A stretch of 63,008 nt of DNA, filler included, from Asterionella formosa (Eukaryota), in assembly GCA_002256025.1 (NCBI GenBank). It is 20 parts of 20 records of this genome, joined end to end, with 100 filler letters (N's around TTAATTAATTAA, not from the genome) between each part and the next. Parts side by side here need not be neighbours in the genome. Positions count along the whole stretch, not along the records: positions 30,276 to 49,856 come from NKIB01003608.1; 19 more parts are not named here. One strand, given 5' to 3'. Within the stretch, counting starts at the first letter, position 1. Each line of letters opens with the position of its first letter. Under the pieces are notes generated by a model. That model was not told where the DNA came from and made no database searches. It saw only the letters and a program-made list of their open reading frames with translations. Positions 36,593 through 49,856 of the stretch are shown here, piece by piece. The position numbers and the translations under genes are program-made.

Positions 36593-37999
36593 ATGATTAA
36601 CAATGGCAACGACGACGATGAATCACTCACTGACGAAGACGACGATGATGATGCCGAATTTCTGGAAGATCAAGCCGAACTTCAAGCTATTTTAGCATCG
36701 CGGATCAACATTAACAATTCAGAAGAAGCATCCGCCACTGACAGTTTTGATCAGCACAACAACAACAACAGCACTACTACTACTGCTAACGATGATGTAT
36801 TGTACAGTCTTGGAGCTACCAAAGTATTTACTGCATGTGAAGAAACACGATGGAAGGATGTTTTGGAGTGCATTGAAACCGAACCCAAAACGATTTCGAC
36901 GTTTATCAAATCCACAGGGACAGCCAATACAACATTTGGTTGGTCCCTTTGGAGACGCCTTCCTATTCATGAAGCATGTCGAAGACAGGCTCCAGCATGG
37001 GTCATTGCGGCGTTGATCCGTGCGGCGCCTGATACAGTCAAGGCAACGACGCAATTTAGAGAATTGCCACTTCATTTGGCAGTGGAAATGGGAGCGTCGC
37101 CAGAAGTTATTAACTTGTTGATTGTTAGTTACTGGGAAAGTGTTTTGGAAAAGGACAATAGTGGAAGAATTCCATTGGAGTTTCTAGACAAGTCAGAAGG
37201 GATGACACAGTCGGACTTTTCGGTCATTCACGATTGTTTGAAGCGATCTACCAATGCCCTCAAGAAAATTAAACAGGAATGGGATACCAAATACAAGGAT
37301 CTACAAAACACTCACAAGGCAATTTTGAACGATACGAAAACTCAACACTCGCAAAGAATGGCAAAGGAAAAGGAGAAACATCAGATCTTGGCGGAATCCT
37401 ACGACAAGGTCAAAGGTCATGTCCGTGTCTTTCAAGACGAACGGGTGCAGTTGGAACAAGAACTAGCCTTGCATTCATCAGAAAAAGAAGAGTGGCAGCG
37501 GGAATTGGAGTCTCGAGATGAAACTATCCAGCAATTGCATTCACAAGTATCGACTCTAGAGCAAGGCAAGGCTAAGTTGGAGACTAAAATCATGGAACAG
37601 GAGGGTATTGTACTATCCCTACAATCTCGTATTCAGCAACTGGAAAATGACTTGGTGAACATTACACATTTCCAAACATCCACTGTTATGACGTCTCTCA
37701 CTCTTGCCCAAAAGAACCTCAACGCCATGATGGATGCCAATCACGCCCTCCAGGGGACACTGATTGGACAATCTAAAGGTCTTACCATGTTGTTGAATCA
37801 GCGAGGCATTTATCTCCCCCCTCCACCACCACCTCCCAAACCAAAACAGGATCCAATGGTACATGATATTGATGTTACAGAAGTTGGCAATACAGCCGCC
37901 ATGTCTGCATTGAAAGCTCTTCAACTTGAGAATAACAGGGAAACTGTTCATCAAGATCAAGATGATGAGGAATGCATTCCTCATCAACATTTGGATTAA
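36593..37999 (+). CDS. Ankyrin-repeat-like plus coiled-coil protein
   Basis: 468-aa ORF. WRRLPIHEACRR, ELPLHLAVEMGASPEVINLL and KDNSGRIPLE are followed by a long heptad-rich region and poly-Pro. Confidence 0.85.
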   Translation: MINNGNDDDESLTDEDDDDDAEFLEDQAELQAILASRININNSEEASATDSFDQHNNNNSTTTTANDDVLYSLGATKVFTACEETRWKDVLECIETEPKTISTFIKSTGTANTTFGWSLWRRLPIHEACRRQAPAWVIAALIRAAPDTVKATTQFRELPLHLAVEMGASPEVINLLIVSYWESVLEKDNSGRIPLEFLDKSEGMTQSDFSVIHDCLKRSTNALKKIKQEWDTKYKDLQNTHKAILNDTKTQHSQRMAKEKEKHQILAESYDKVKGHVRVFQDERVQLEQELALHSSEKEEWQRELESRDETIQQLHSQVSTLEQGKAKLETKIMEQEGIVLSLQSRIQQLENDLVNITHFQTSTVMTSLTLAQKNLNAMMDANHALQGTLIGQSKGLTMLLNQRGIYLPPPPPPPKPKQDPMVHDIDVTEVGNTAAMSALKALQLENNRETVHQDQDDEECIPHQHLD

Positions 38000-38374
38000 T
38001 TCCATCTTGCTCTACTAAGTAAGTATCGTAAACTTGCTTTTTTAACTACTGTACCGGTTGGTAGTGTGTGCCTCGGATTACTACGCTTTTTCCACGGCTA
38101 TTTAATACACATATTATGAATCACAATAAGATTATTCTTCCCTAGCATACAATAATACCATAAAACCACGCACCCCACTCGTCCAACCATGTGACAAATC
38201 AATATTCATTGTTCATCAGGTCTGTCCGCCACATAGTAATGATTGATTGGCAAAATATCAATTCGCCCTGAAGAAATGCTGCTGCTGGTTCTCAAGAAGT
38301 CCGTTACTAATAACATTGTTGAATGTTCGACAGTTGAACAAGAGAAAACGAGGAATCGTTGGGTTACACACAAA

Positions 38375-38782
38375 ATGTCGTTGCAATCATTATTTCTATT
38401 GTTATTATTATTATTATTATCGGAGACTACTTTGAATTGTATCGTTGCTGCATGGACGACAACCCAAAGAACAACAACTATAACGCAACCAAGAGCAAGA
38501 CAAATGCTCCAACGACAACGACGACCATTACCATGTTCTCCTCCACAGCAAGAACAAGAATCAATATCTGATACTAGTACAACAACTCCTACTACTACCA
38601 TGATACCATCCTCGTCATTGTCCTTGCAAGCCTATGTGGAACAAATACGGATGGAAATGGGAGATATCATTATGAATACCAATACCAACGAAGGAAGGTT
38701 TTGTATTGGCGAGCCATCTGTTGATCCATCAAAATTATGGAATCCTAATCAGGGAGATTCAGAATGGATGGATGATTGGTAA
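38375..38782 (+). CDS. First exon of a putative plastid-targeted protein; downstream exons not found
   Basis: Hydrophobic signal peptide ending VAA-W, then a Thr/Arg-rich transit-like segment, matching the diatom bipartite ASAFAP-type presequence. Possible GTAAAC donor at 38779. Confidence 0.45.
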   Translation: MSLQSLFLLLLLLLLSETTLNCIVAAWTTTQRTTTITQPRARQMLQRQRRPLPCSPPQQEQESISDTSTTTPTTTMIPSSSLSLQAYVEQIRMEMGDIIMNTNTNEGRFCIGEPSVDPSKLWNPNQGDSEWMDDW

Positions 38783-39541
38783 ACTATAAAGGAGTTATTG
38801 CTTGATTCCATACCCAACAGCTTGTTGCATTTATATATACTAGTGTTGCATATTACGCTACGGCAACAAACAGCCCATGTCTGAGGTTTGTTATAATAAT
38901 CATTATTAGTATTGGCCACTATATGTGAGCATTACAAATCATGAACAAGGATACAAAACCTTCCCCAACTCCTTCTGTCATCCTGCATAAATAATAATCT
39001 ATCATCAGCCTAAAAAGTATTCCATCAATTCCGCAATATATTTGGCTTGTTCTTGATACAGGCAGGCAATTGTCCATTTGGGAAAATGTCAACATTTTTG
39101 AATGTCCACGAATAGTACCTAAACTGTATCAGCTACAATGATATGTTTTGATTGTTGGTCATGGTATTTATACTACCTGGTACTATTAGTACCATATTGT
39201 GATATTGTCCCCTCCCTGCTGCTGTGACAACTAGCTACTATACCATAGTATGAATCATAGCAAGTGACATATATAAATATGATAACTTCCATATCTTGAT
39301 CTGTAGGATACTATGTTAATCACTGCAATAATTGTGGACAGGAGTATCTAAACTAGCTATCCCCAATCATTAACTGCTACCCTAACTGCCAAATTGTTAA
39401 TCCCAAACTTCAAGGTCTGACAGATCACTCCAAAATACTTTTTCCTAGGACTTGACTCTTAAAATTGAAAAAATCTATCATATATTTGATTTACAATAAT
39501 GGCAATTCTAGGCATCTTACAAGGGTATCCTGCTTATACAC

Positions 39542-40591
39542 TTATATGGATAGCGCAACAACTGTGATAAGCCCCTGGATTTCAGGAATATTGCATTGAG
39601 CAGAATCAGCATTTCTTTGGTCGGGACATGAATAGAGCAAATAAACCTTTTTAAGCTTTTGTAGCCATTCAGCTTTGTCACACATCTGTAAACTTATCCA
39701 ACACATTTTGGTGTTTGGATATAGATACCTGAACATCACACACTGTTTGATCACACTTACAGATCATGTCGATTTCAGGAATATTGAAAGTATTGGGGTA
39801 CATACATTCCATCTGTTTCTATGATTCTTGGCAACTCATTTGAGGGAAAGGTTGTAATGAGATTGCATTTGTCCAAAGGCAACAAACTCTCCAAAGTAAC
39901 ATTTACATTGAGTGAACAGCAATTCATTGCAATGAGCTCAAAAATCCAACCATGACCACATGCATCATTTCTCAATGTCCTTCCAAAAGAAAATGCGATA
40001 GCCTATTAATAACAAAGGATACAAAGGCTTCAATTTGTAAGCCTCCTCTCCCTCACCAAAAACTGAATACTGCTTTTCATAAAACACTTGATCTCCTGGT
40101 TTAGACAAAACACAGCAAACAGCAGAGTCTGTGATACGAGCAAAATCGTCTTTTTGTTTCATGTCTCGCAATTTTTTAAGAGAACGTATAATTGAGTGCA
40201 ATTCATGCCCTTCATAGTCGTCAATACAAAACTTGAACGAGATTAGATTCCTCACTTGCAAGGGGACCCCACCAGTCACCTCCAAGATTTCTTCGCTGTC
40301 AATTCGGATAACTACTTCTTCAAAGGCTGCACATATTTCCTTCAAATTCATGTTGCAAGGGTGTTTGTACTACTCAAACCCTCGATGCATATCCATGAAG
40401 ACATTGAAATAATTGTCAGTTGAAGCTGAAACAATAGAGACTATGCGGCCGCCCTCAAGATTGTTGATAATGGCACTAAAAGGAAAGGGAAGTGAACCCA
40501 GATCTCTGGCTCCCTTATGCATAGGTCGAGAAAACAATCTGTTGATTTGATCAAAGACTAGGACCCATTTCTTGTTCATACCTCGAATCAT
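39542..40591 (-). pseudogene. Crinkler (CRN)-like NTPase plus REase gene, frameshifted
   Basis: WVLVFDQINRLF (Walker B-like), IVSASTDN, EVTGGVPLQV, GWIFELIAMN and GMYVP. Four broken ORFs are colinear with 44751-45455. Confidence 0.65.
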
Positions 40592-41179
40592 ATTATATAT
40601 GTGGACACGGTTACTTACAATGGAATTTTTCGGACAGGAGATTTTAGGACTAAAAATTCCGGCACACGACTGCCATTCCGATGATGACGTTTCGGCACTT
40701 AATAATTCTGATTCCGATATTTTGGCTACCGTAGAAAAGGCCGATTTTGTCGAGTTTTTGGACGACGATAGCTAAACGTTGGCTGGGTCTGACGGCAATT
40801 TAGATAAATAGGTAACTTTCAAATAGCATCAGCATATAACTTCTGGCGAGAAACTGCAGAAAGGAACTTCGCTTTTTTTACTATGCCAAATAAACAGATT
40901 TCCCCCGAATTTTCGAGTCTTTTTAGCATAGCTAAAAAACCGAATTTCCTTTCTGCAGTTTCTGACCAGAGCCTATATACTGACGATACATAGAGTGGAC
41001 CTACACCCCTACTTTGTCCGAAGACTTTATTTAAGCATATGGAAAGGGTTTCTATTGGTGTAAGCTCCGTTGAGCGTTATACATTTCTAATTTATATGTG
41101 AAAAGTACATGTTTGATTAGTCTGACTCAATATTATTGTTTGAACCCTACCTCGAGCTAGGGGTTCAAATGCAGCAACT
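40585..41179 (+). mobile_element. Kolobok copy B, partial (hairpin-bearing end), inverted relative to copy A
   Basis: Reverse-complement match to 23692-24270, including the acidic ORF tail, the internal inverted repeat and the terminal CTAGGGGTTCAAATGCAGCAAC. Confidence 0.85.
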
Positions 41180-41975
41180 AGCTGGTGTCTTGCCACATAA
41201 CCCGCCAACATACTATTGATTCTTCACTTTGCAATCTTCTTCTGTACTCCATAATAAGCCACCTGCATCGTCAGAAATAAACCACCATGTAAAATATCTT
41301 TCATTGTAGGTTGAAACAGCAAGAGCGAGTTGGTCCCTACTTATTGATGTATCTAGGAATGTGGGCAACTACTAGTACTAAGATATAGCAGTACTATAGT
41401 ACTCGGATACCAGGTTTTCCAGTACAAATGCGAGTAATGCTTGTATTCCTGTTGTTAAAACATGAGTGAGAAGGAAGAACTTTTTCTAAACCAGATTTAT
41501 CATTTAATAAAATGTATTACTAATATTCATCCCAAACCGTGTTACTACCTTACTCCGTTTGCTCTGTTTTATGGTATCAGCAAGTTGCGATGATTTTGCT
41601 GCTGAACTAAGGATTTAGCTTTTTTATCCCGTATCAAATTGTTTATTTAAGAAAAATGACAGCATCAGGTTTCTGTACCTGCAAGCAACAGCAATTTTCC
41701 TTGGGGTTGTTGCCAAAATTCCCTAGAATTAAGAATTTTATTAGCTATTTTTGAATGACGTGACTCCATTTGAAATATTTAATCAGTGGAAATTTGCGTG
41801 TACGTACATACTAGATTCCTTTCCAAATTCGCTAAGTATAAAGATAAACATTCTCCATCAATGAATGTATTTCTAACCTATAATACGATCAACATATTTG
41901 TGTCGGAGGATCGCAGCATGGAAAATATCATTGATGACTATATTGGTAAGAAACAAAAAGACGCAACAATCAACC

Positions 41976-42425
41976 ATGAGCGAAATTACACATCATCGTG
42001 ACAACAAGGGGGATGACCCATTCAACTGCAGTCATGATACCTGTCCAACATGTCAAGACCGGTTGATTTTAGAGTCGGATGTGGAGGGATGTGAGAGTCG
42101 AATTGTTCTGCAAATGCTGTGATTTTGGTTGTCATGAATGTCAGTGCCGATGGGATGAAGTCGAAGAGTTGGTGGAAATTTTCTTGGATGATAACATTCT
42201 CAACAAACTGAAGGATGAAGAGAGTTTACGGCGTCAAGAGCCCACGACCTTCTCTACAAGTTTTTAATCAGAGTTTACTGTGGACCATTGGGAAAAGGTG
42301 TTCGCATGGAACTTCCTGACTGTTGTTTGAATGGGGCTTGATCTCTATTGAAAAGCTAGGACTGAAACGAAGAGTACACTGGCTTCAAACCTGTTTCCAA
42401 ACGTTCTAAATCTAGTAGTGATTAG
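41976..42425 (+). pseudogene. KolX-like accessory ORF, frameshifted copy
   Basis: Colinear with the intact ORF at 58092-58550 (MSEITH..CPTCQDRL..ECQCRWDEVEELVE..GPLGKGVRMELPDCC). Confidence 0.8.
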
Positions 42426-42621
42426 TTTATTTTATTATTTTCATTCACTTCAATAGTTTACAGAAATACAGCTAATACGTATGTTGTTTCAAACTCATCA
42501 TCTAGAAGTGAGGTGGCATGTACTCGTCTTGTTTTCTATATTATTTTGTTAACGTTGTTATATAATTTAATAAGTTAACACGTCAGTAATAACAACAAAC
42601 AATATCTACAAATAACGCAAC

Positions 42622-44330
42622 ATGCCGCGCTCCAGTGGTGGCAGTCTTTTAGCAGTTTCTTGGAGTTGGTGGTCATGGAGGTCAGAATATACTAGTCAAC
42701 AACGAAAATCAGAATTGGTGGTGTCCTACAATCAAACAACCTCCTTCTGCAACAATCACATCTCCCATTCAACCAGCTTTTCAGCAAAACAGGAATCAAG
42801 TCATCGATTATCCTTCATTGTCGACATTGCTGCAAAAAGATGTGTTTTGCAGAATATGTGTTAGTACATTTGTTGATGAATAAAGTAAACAAACTGTTCG
42901 TGCCTTTGTAACTTACCTACAAAACAATAGTGTCTACCACATTACAATGGCAGAGAAATGTGATTCTTTCTTGAAACAGGCCTTGTTAGAAAAATCAGTA
43001 ATGCAACTGTTGATTGTTGTGTCATTGGACACTACGCACGGGTTGGCAAGTGCCGTCAAAATAACATGTTTGACCTGCCAAGAAAAACAAGTTGCTTAAC
43101 TCGAATCTGCAAGAAGCTGCAATGACGAAGATGAAGACCATGGTGAGATAAAGAAAAAAGAAGCAAAACACTTTGCAATAAACCAGCAGTATATTCTTGG
43201 TTGTCACAAAGCTGGATTGGGACCTGGTGACTCCGCAATGAACTTACCTCTTTCAGTTGGATTTTGGTCAACCCAAGGTAATTTCACTGGGGTAGAAGAG
43301 AAAGTTGGTGAGGCGGAAGTGGCGACCACAGCTCTTGCTATGGAAGACGAGGCTTGTGAGGAGGAAATACATCAAACACTGAGTGTGCGTGAACATGGCG
43401 ATTGGGCTGACAAAGGACAAGATTTCCAGCGGTGGAATAGTCTACCTGTTACAGAACGCATGTCTGTACTCAATATGCCGCAACTCCTGTTACTTATGAT
43501 ATGGGATGGCAGCAGCAATCCAGTGGGAATAAATACAACTCCGCAAGTGGACATGCATTCTGTATTGGTGGCTACACGAGAAAGATACTAGACTATCGAG
43601 TAAAATCAAAGGTCTGTAATGTGTGCGACAGGGCTATACGGTACAAGAAACCTATCAAACATCATGTTTGCTCCAAGAATCACGTGACTGGAAGTTCGAG
43701 GGCAATGGAACCAGATTCGGATGTGGAAATGATGGTTGATGCCATTACTAAATACAATGTTATCTACTCAACAATCATCTGTGATGATGATTCTATAATT
43801 CGGGCTGTCTCCATATGGTCCTATAAGGAATTATCAAATCTACAGTCTGACTTTCAATCGCCAAGAACAATTAATGGTAAAAAAACCGACAAAGGATGCC
43901 TTTCAATCATGGCCAAGAACATTAGATGGTAAAAAAACCCGACAAAAGATGCATTCCACTACACATTCCAGAACAAAGGTTTCTGTCTGATCCATCGCAC
44001 AGGATCCGCATTCTTCTCCGCCCTGCTTTCCTGAAATCCAATGGCCCAGTCTATGTAGAGCAACCTTCCAAAGCAGGTTGTCTCCGACTAAAACTATATT
44101 ATGGAGCGTGGATAAAAGAAACCGGAATCTCTCTCTGACCGAATTCATGGAGTCCTCCAAAGCACCAATCAACCACTTGTTTGGTTGCCATGCACAACTA
44201 CTTCTCTGCACGACTAATGCTCTGAGTCATGGTGTCCTGCAAAGTCTGGAAAAAGTGTTAGTAACGGAAAATATCATGACAAGGAAAAGGAAACGAAAGA
44301 ATGCGAATGGTTAATGAAAAATGTGGCTGC
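42622..44330 (+). pseudogene. Kolobok/Mutator-like DDE transposase, multiply frameshifted and 3'-deleted
   Basis: GLASAVKITCLTC, AINQQYILG, TYDMGWQQ..NSASGHAFCIG..KILDY..SKVCNVC..HVCSKNH..GSSRAME..IICDDDS and FLSDPSHR. Confidence 0.85.
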
Positions 44331-44750
44331 AAAAGTCGAAGGAGAACAGCTCCTATCATTATATCATCCCTTCAATACACAGATGAAAACCGAAGTATGT
44401 TTCTGCAGTTTCTGACCAGATCCTGTATGCTAACAATATTTAGAGTGGACTTACACCTGTACTTTGTCCGAAGACTGCATGACAGCATATGCAAAGGGTG
44501 TGTAATGGCGAAAGCTCCGTTGAGCTTTATACATGACAATATTGTACGTAAAAAGTATGTGATTGATTAGTCTGACTCAATATTATTGTTTGAACAGTAC
44601 CTCGAGATAGGGGTTCAAATGCAGCAACCATAAAGGACAGCGACATATTTTATCATTTATAGTACAAAAGGACATCTTCTCTGCATAGCACGATTCAGCG
44701 AAAGAAATAGCGGAATTCTTCTAATTTTCAAAAACGAGAATACAAAGCGT

Positions 44751-45455
44751 ATGACTATGACTTTCAGGAAAACATTATGCACTTCAGGAGACGAAATAGG
44801 ATACGACATGAAGTATTCAATTCGTGGTGAGGGTAAGGAGGCCTATCACTTTAAGCCTTTGCATCCATTGGTGATTGTAGCGTATCGACGCTGCTTTTGG
44901 GAGAGCATCATGGCTTTTGTCCATAACCACGAGCAATTACTTTTGGATATCTGCGCCAAACCCGATTCGACAAATGATGTTCGTGATCGTATTTTTGAAC
45001 TCCTTGTGATCAATCGCTGCTCACTCAATGCAAATATTGCTTTGAAGAGACTTTTTCAATTTAAGACATGCAATCTCATTAAAATCTTTCCATCAGATTG
45101 TGACTGTTGCATATATGATCTGCCAATGTCAATGGAAAAGAATGGAATGTATGTGCCCCGAAACTCCAATTTTCCTGCAATTGATCTCATCTGGAAGTGC
45201 GGCCAAAGTGTGTGTGGTGTCCAGGTTCATATTTGCAAACATGATAATGTGTTGGAAAAGTTTACAGCAATGTGTCATGAGGCTGGATGGCTTACCAGTT
45301 TTAAGAATGTTTATTTGCTGTATTTAAGTCCTGAACAAGGAATTGCTGATTCTGTTCAATGCAATATTCCTGAAACCCAGGGGCCAATCACAGTTGTTGC
45401 ACTATGCAAAAGCAGCATACCCTGTCTCAAAACTCTTCAATGGCCATGTTTGTAA
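44751..45455 (+). CDS. C-terminal part of a Crinkler-like protein (REase domain); 5' end lost at the Kolobok junction
   Basis: NDVRDRIFELLVINR, GMYVPRNSNFPAIDLIW..GVQVHI (PD-(D/E)xK-like). Paralogous to 39542-40351. Confidence 0.65.
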   Translation: MTMTFRKTLCTSGDEIGYDMKYSIRGEGKEAYHFKPLHPLVIVAYRRCFWESIMAFVHNHEQLLLDICAKPDSTNDVRDRIFELLVINRCSLNANIALKRLFQFKTCNLIKIFPSDCDCCIYDLPMSMEKNGMYVPRNSNFPAIDLIWKCGQSVCGVQVHICKHDNVLEKFTAMCHEAGWLTSFKNVYLLYLSPEQGIADSVQCNIPETQGPITVVALCKSSIPCLKTLQWPCL

Positions 45456-46290
45456 ATCATATAAATAGTTGAATTTATCGATACATAAGAACTTAGCACG
45501 CAAAGGCGAAGGTTTGAAGAGATGATATATCAATGTCCTCAATGGCATGAAGTTTGGGATTGACTGCTTGGCAGTATGGGTAACAGATGATAAGGCAATA
45601 TGAGTGGGGATTGGAAGGGAAATATTCAATATAGGCCGTTTATTGCACCTTGGAAATGATGAGACAAATCAAACAGAATCATCATAAAATAATTGCCCTC
45701 AAAATGAATATCAAGAAATCTAAACCTTGCAACCTTCCAGGGATTTTTCAGTTGAACAATGTATTGTGCCTCTTCTTCATCACTATCATAGTGAAGCTTT
45801 TCGTCCCCAAGAACAAGCATTGCTAGCTTTTGCGTATGGAAGAGTCTCACTTGCATCGGTAATGGCCTGTTCCATTGAGACCATATGTAGTGCTGAGAGA
45901 CAAAGAGCCATTGCCACTGACATTTAGTTTGCCCTCGGAGGCGTTTCCAGAACAACGCAATCACCGACACCACCAATAAGTATTTCGACATTGGTCCTTC
46001 AACAACCACCTGCTTCCTTGGAAACACTCAAGGATGCACTATTTCACGCCTTGGCTTGTTGTGCAGGTAATGATGATACGAAAATGGTGGAAGATGCACT
46101 CTTGCAATTGGTACAAGAGTATGAACAACAACACCAACAACACCAACAACAACACCAACAACACCAACTATTGTAAATATAAATGTAGTCTGTATGTATG
46201 ACTGGGTCCAAATTTTGGGGCCACGAGGCCCCCCCCCCTCCATACCGGTAGGCCTACCAGTAGCTAGCCTTAGCAAAAACCCTGACCCTA

Positions 46291-47960
46291 CATCTAAGCC
46301 GTGAAATACGCCACTTTTCGAAATTTGTTCTACGTAGGAGTGTTAATTATGTGGTACTTCACATGAATTAATGCCACTCTTCCCGGAGAAAAGGTTACTT
46401 TTAACGGTTTCATGTGAAGTGTTAACGGTTTCATGTGAAGATTTCACAAAAAACTTTGAACTCGAGAATGAATTAGTTGATGTTTCAAATAATTCATTTC
46501 AAAGTTCAACTAAGACCCTGCTCTCGTGGCTAATTCATTTACGACATGCATCTTCCTTTGTGAAATAGTAAGGATATTTGTGGTGTCTTAACTCATGCTA
46601 CCAGGTACAGTTTATGGTTGTGAACTTCACGTAAATAATATTTACTGTTTTGCTGAACAAGATTACCGGTACTTATCGTGGTTTCATGTGATGGCTGGTT
46701 CACAATCATACAGTTATTTCCAAGGCAGGACTAGTTGATGTTACGACTAAACATTTTAAAAGTTCAAGATAAATTGTTTAGAGGATAAATCATTGCGAAA
46801 GACGACTTCACTACAAATTGTTTGATTGCAATTTGCCCTGAATTGATTGAGAAAAACGGAGCGAAATGGATCTCGAGAAATATCGCGACATGATTCGTGA
46901 GGATGCAAGCAACAACCAACCCTAATGAGGACAAAACAGGTACGGAACGAATCATTTAATATTGAATTTGAAATGCTAAACTAAACATCTATTCGAATTA
47001 GTGTGTGTTATCGACTGCAAATCTTCGGAGTGCTATTGGGCATGAATTGATGGAGAAAATCGAAGCCATGTGGTTGTCGGCAAGTGGGTGCATGAAGCAT
47101 ATCAACAATCATCCTTACCATCGATATTGTCAGCATCCAATATGAATTCTCTTATTCTTTTACAAAAACTCCATTTCGTATGAATTCTGAAGATACAAAA
47201 TATGTAGATAACATACCTGGTGTATTGTGAATATGTCTGGAATGGCATCGTGATGCTGAGTGTGTTGACCTCAGCTAATGAATAGTAGGTATGGTACCTG
47301 GGACCAGGTACCGGTATGCAAGGCCTACTCAGGGCTACTATGATACATACTACCAGGGCTAGTACCAGGGGAGTACATGTTACCTGGTACCTTGTACCTT
47401 GGGTCTTTTGACGTTGCACTCAGACATACTAACAAATAGCTATACTGTATAGTACCACCAGGTACTCCTGGCTGGTAGGTACCAGGTCATCGTTACAAGT
47501 GTGAGACTGTAGGTTTGCCCTACCAGTATTTCCTTCTTTCCCTTCTTGTTACAATAGGAATTATGCCGTTCGTACTGAGAAACTGTACTCATTTCTACGT
47601 GCATACTGTGGAACTGTAGGGTTGCACTACCAGCATTGCTTCCCGTATTCCCCTTATTACAATAGAATATGGCGTTCGTACTCTGATTATATTAAGAGTA
47701 ACCTCTGGCTGTCCTCTCCTTCTTGTCATACCGGTATTTGTTTAAGGTCACACTTGTAGCATCAGAATTTTTCCCGACGAAGTAAGACTGCGCCAGGTTT
47801 TTTCATGTAGATTGCAGGTTCTGTTGGTACAAAGATGAAGTCATGGCTGCGCCAGGATTTTTGGCCCTCTGAATTCATAAAGACAACATTTAACCACCAC
47901 TGTGCACAATATATGTTTTCAACATGGGGACGACCCTCAAAAGCAGCATCCCCTTCTGTC
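46291..47960 (-). mobile_element. Second, inverted and partial copy of the 31009-34119 TIR element family
   Basis: Starts CATCTAAGCCGTGAAATACG. About 500 bp is a reverse-complement match to 33636-34119, and 47700-47960 matches about 32290-32560. It abuts the Gypsy pol. Confidence 0.75.
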
Positions 47961-49856
47961 AAGTTGGTTTAACCATTGATTTCGTAAATAACACCATGTC
48001 CTGTATGGATATGATTGTTCCTATGCATCCTCTCACATTCTTTGATGATAGAGAACGTTTACAAGATGTAATATTATATTTTGATGCACCTATGATTGTG
48101 GAATCTTCATATGCGCTGGAAATTAAAGCTGCTGAATATAATTACGTAAATATTGATACAGTGGTGGATAAACAGATACATTTGACAACAATACAACGAT
48201 CATGCTTATGAACTATATTGGTTAAATATCAAACCTTATTTGATGGCAAATTAAAAGTCTATCCTCATAAACAGGTACATTTGGAATTATTATCAAATGC
48301 TGTCCCTTGTCATCAACGAGCATATCCAGTCGCTCATATTCATTTAGAAGTTTTCAAAACAGAATTACAACGATTATGTGATATTGGAGTCCTAAAAAAA
48401 ATGTGGTGCTTCTAAATGGGCATCTCCTACCTTCATTATTCCAAAAAAGGATGGAAGTGTCCGATGGGTATCAGATTTTCGTGAACTCAATAAAGTCATC
48501 AATCGCAATATATACCCTTTACTTCGAATACAAACTACTCTCACTTAACGTGCTGGATATGTATTTTTCACCAAATTGGATGTTTCCATGCAGTACTATA
48601 CTTTTGCATTGGATGTGGAGAGTCAAAACTTGTGTGTTATTTCAACTCCAATTGGATTATATAAATATTTACGTCTCCCTATGGGGGTGAAGCAATCATC
48701 TGATATTGCACAAGAAACTATGGAACAGATCCTTAGTGATTTAGAGGATGTGAAATTTATATTGATGATGTGGGTTGTTTTTTCAATGAATTTTTCAGAT
48801 CACCTTCATTTATTGGACACTATTTTACATCGTTTACAGACAAATGAGTTTACAACTAATCCATCTAAGTGTGAATGGGCCGTCCAAGAGACAGATTGTT
48901 GGTTGGGCTAGTATTGGTTAATTCCTAATGGACTGAAACCTTGGTCTAAAATGGTCCGAGCATTGATTAATATGTCTTCACCTACCAATCTTAAACAAGT
49001 TCGATCATTTCTCGGTGCTGTTACTTACTATCGAGACATATTTCCTAGACGATCGCATGTTCTTGGACCACTTACGGATTTAATTGGAACTAGTCCATTT
49101 GTCTGGTTACCTATCCATCAACAAGCTTTTGAAGAAATGAAAGCATTGTTAGTTGCAGATACACTCATGCGTTATCCTGACCATAATCTTCCTTTTCATA
49201 TCTTTACTGATGCCTCTGATTATCAATTAGGGTCGGTCATTATGCAAAATGATCTCCCAGTTGCTTATTATTCTCGCAAATTATCTGCTGCTCAAAAGAA
49301 TTATACTACTATTGAAAAAGAATTACTTTCTGTGGTAGAAACTTTCAAAGAATTTCGCTCTATGTTATTGGGCGCCGTTCTACATGTTCACACTGCTCAT
49401 CGAAATCTTATATATAATACTTTACATACGCAACGTGTTCTACGATGGAGACTTTACATTGAAGAATACCATCCTACTTTTCACTACGTGAAAGGGACTG
49501 ACAATGCTATTGCAGATTCCATCTCTCGCCTCCCGAGGCTTGAGTCTTTGGTGGGGGATGATATTGATATTGGACCGAAATCTCCAACATCAACATCCAC
49601 TTCTACTTTTTCAATTGACTTAGATGATGAACCTTTGCTTGTTACATGTTTCCTTAATTATCCCATCTTGACAGACAATATTCAATATCCTCTGGATTAT
49701 AATTTAATACATTATAGACAATTGCTGGGTATACAATTGATTCTCAATCAACAAACACATCCATTAAAATTTCCTTCTATCAATTTTCATGATATATTTT
49801 TAATATGTTTTGTGAAGAATCCAGGAGATACTTGGCGTATTGCTATTCCTACATCA
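47960..49856 (+). mobile_element. Ty3/Gypsy LTR-retrotransposon pol (RT plus RNase H), degenerate
   Basis: [44 protein letters not shown] region frameshifted, VRSFLGAVTYYR, FHIFTDASDYQLG and YTTIEKELLSVVE. Confidence 0.93.

Larger units (their letters stand above)
41668..44629 (+). mobile_element. Kolobok copy C, a decayed autonomous-type element with KolX-like ORF and transposase
   Basis: The left part matches the copy A/D end (its TIR is degenerate). The right end TAGGGGTTCAAATGCAGCAACC is followed by ATAA. Both ORFs are on the + strand. Confidence 0.8.
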
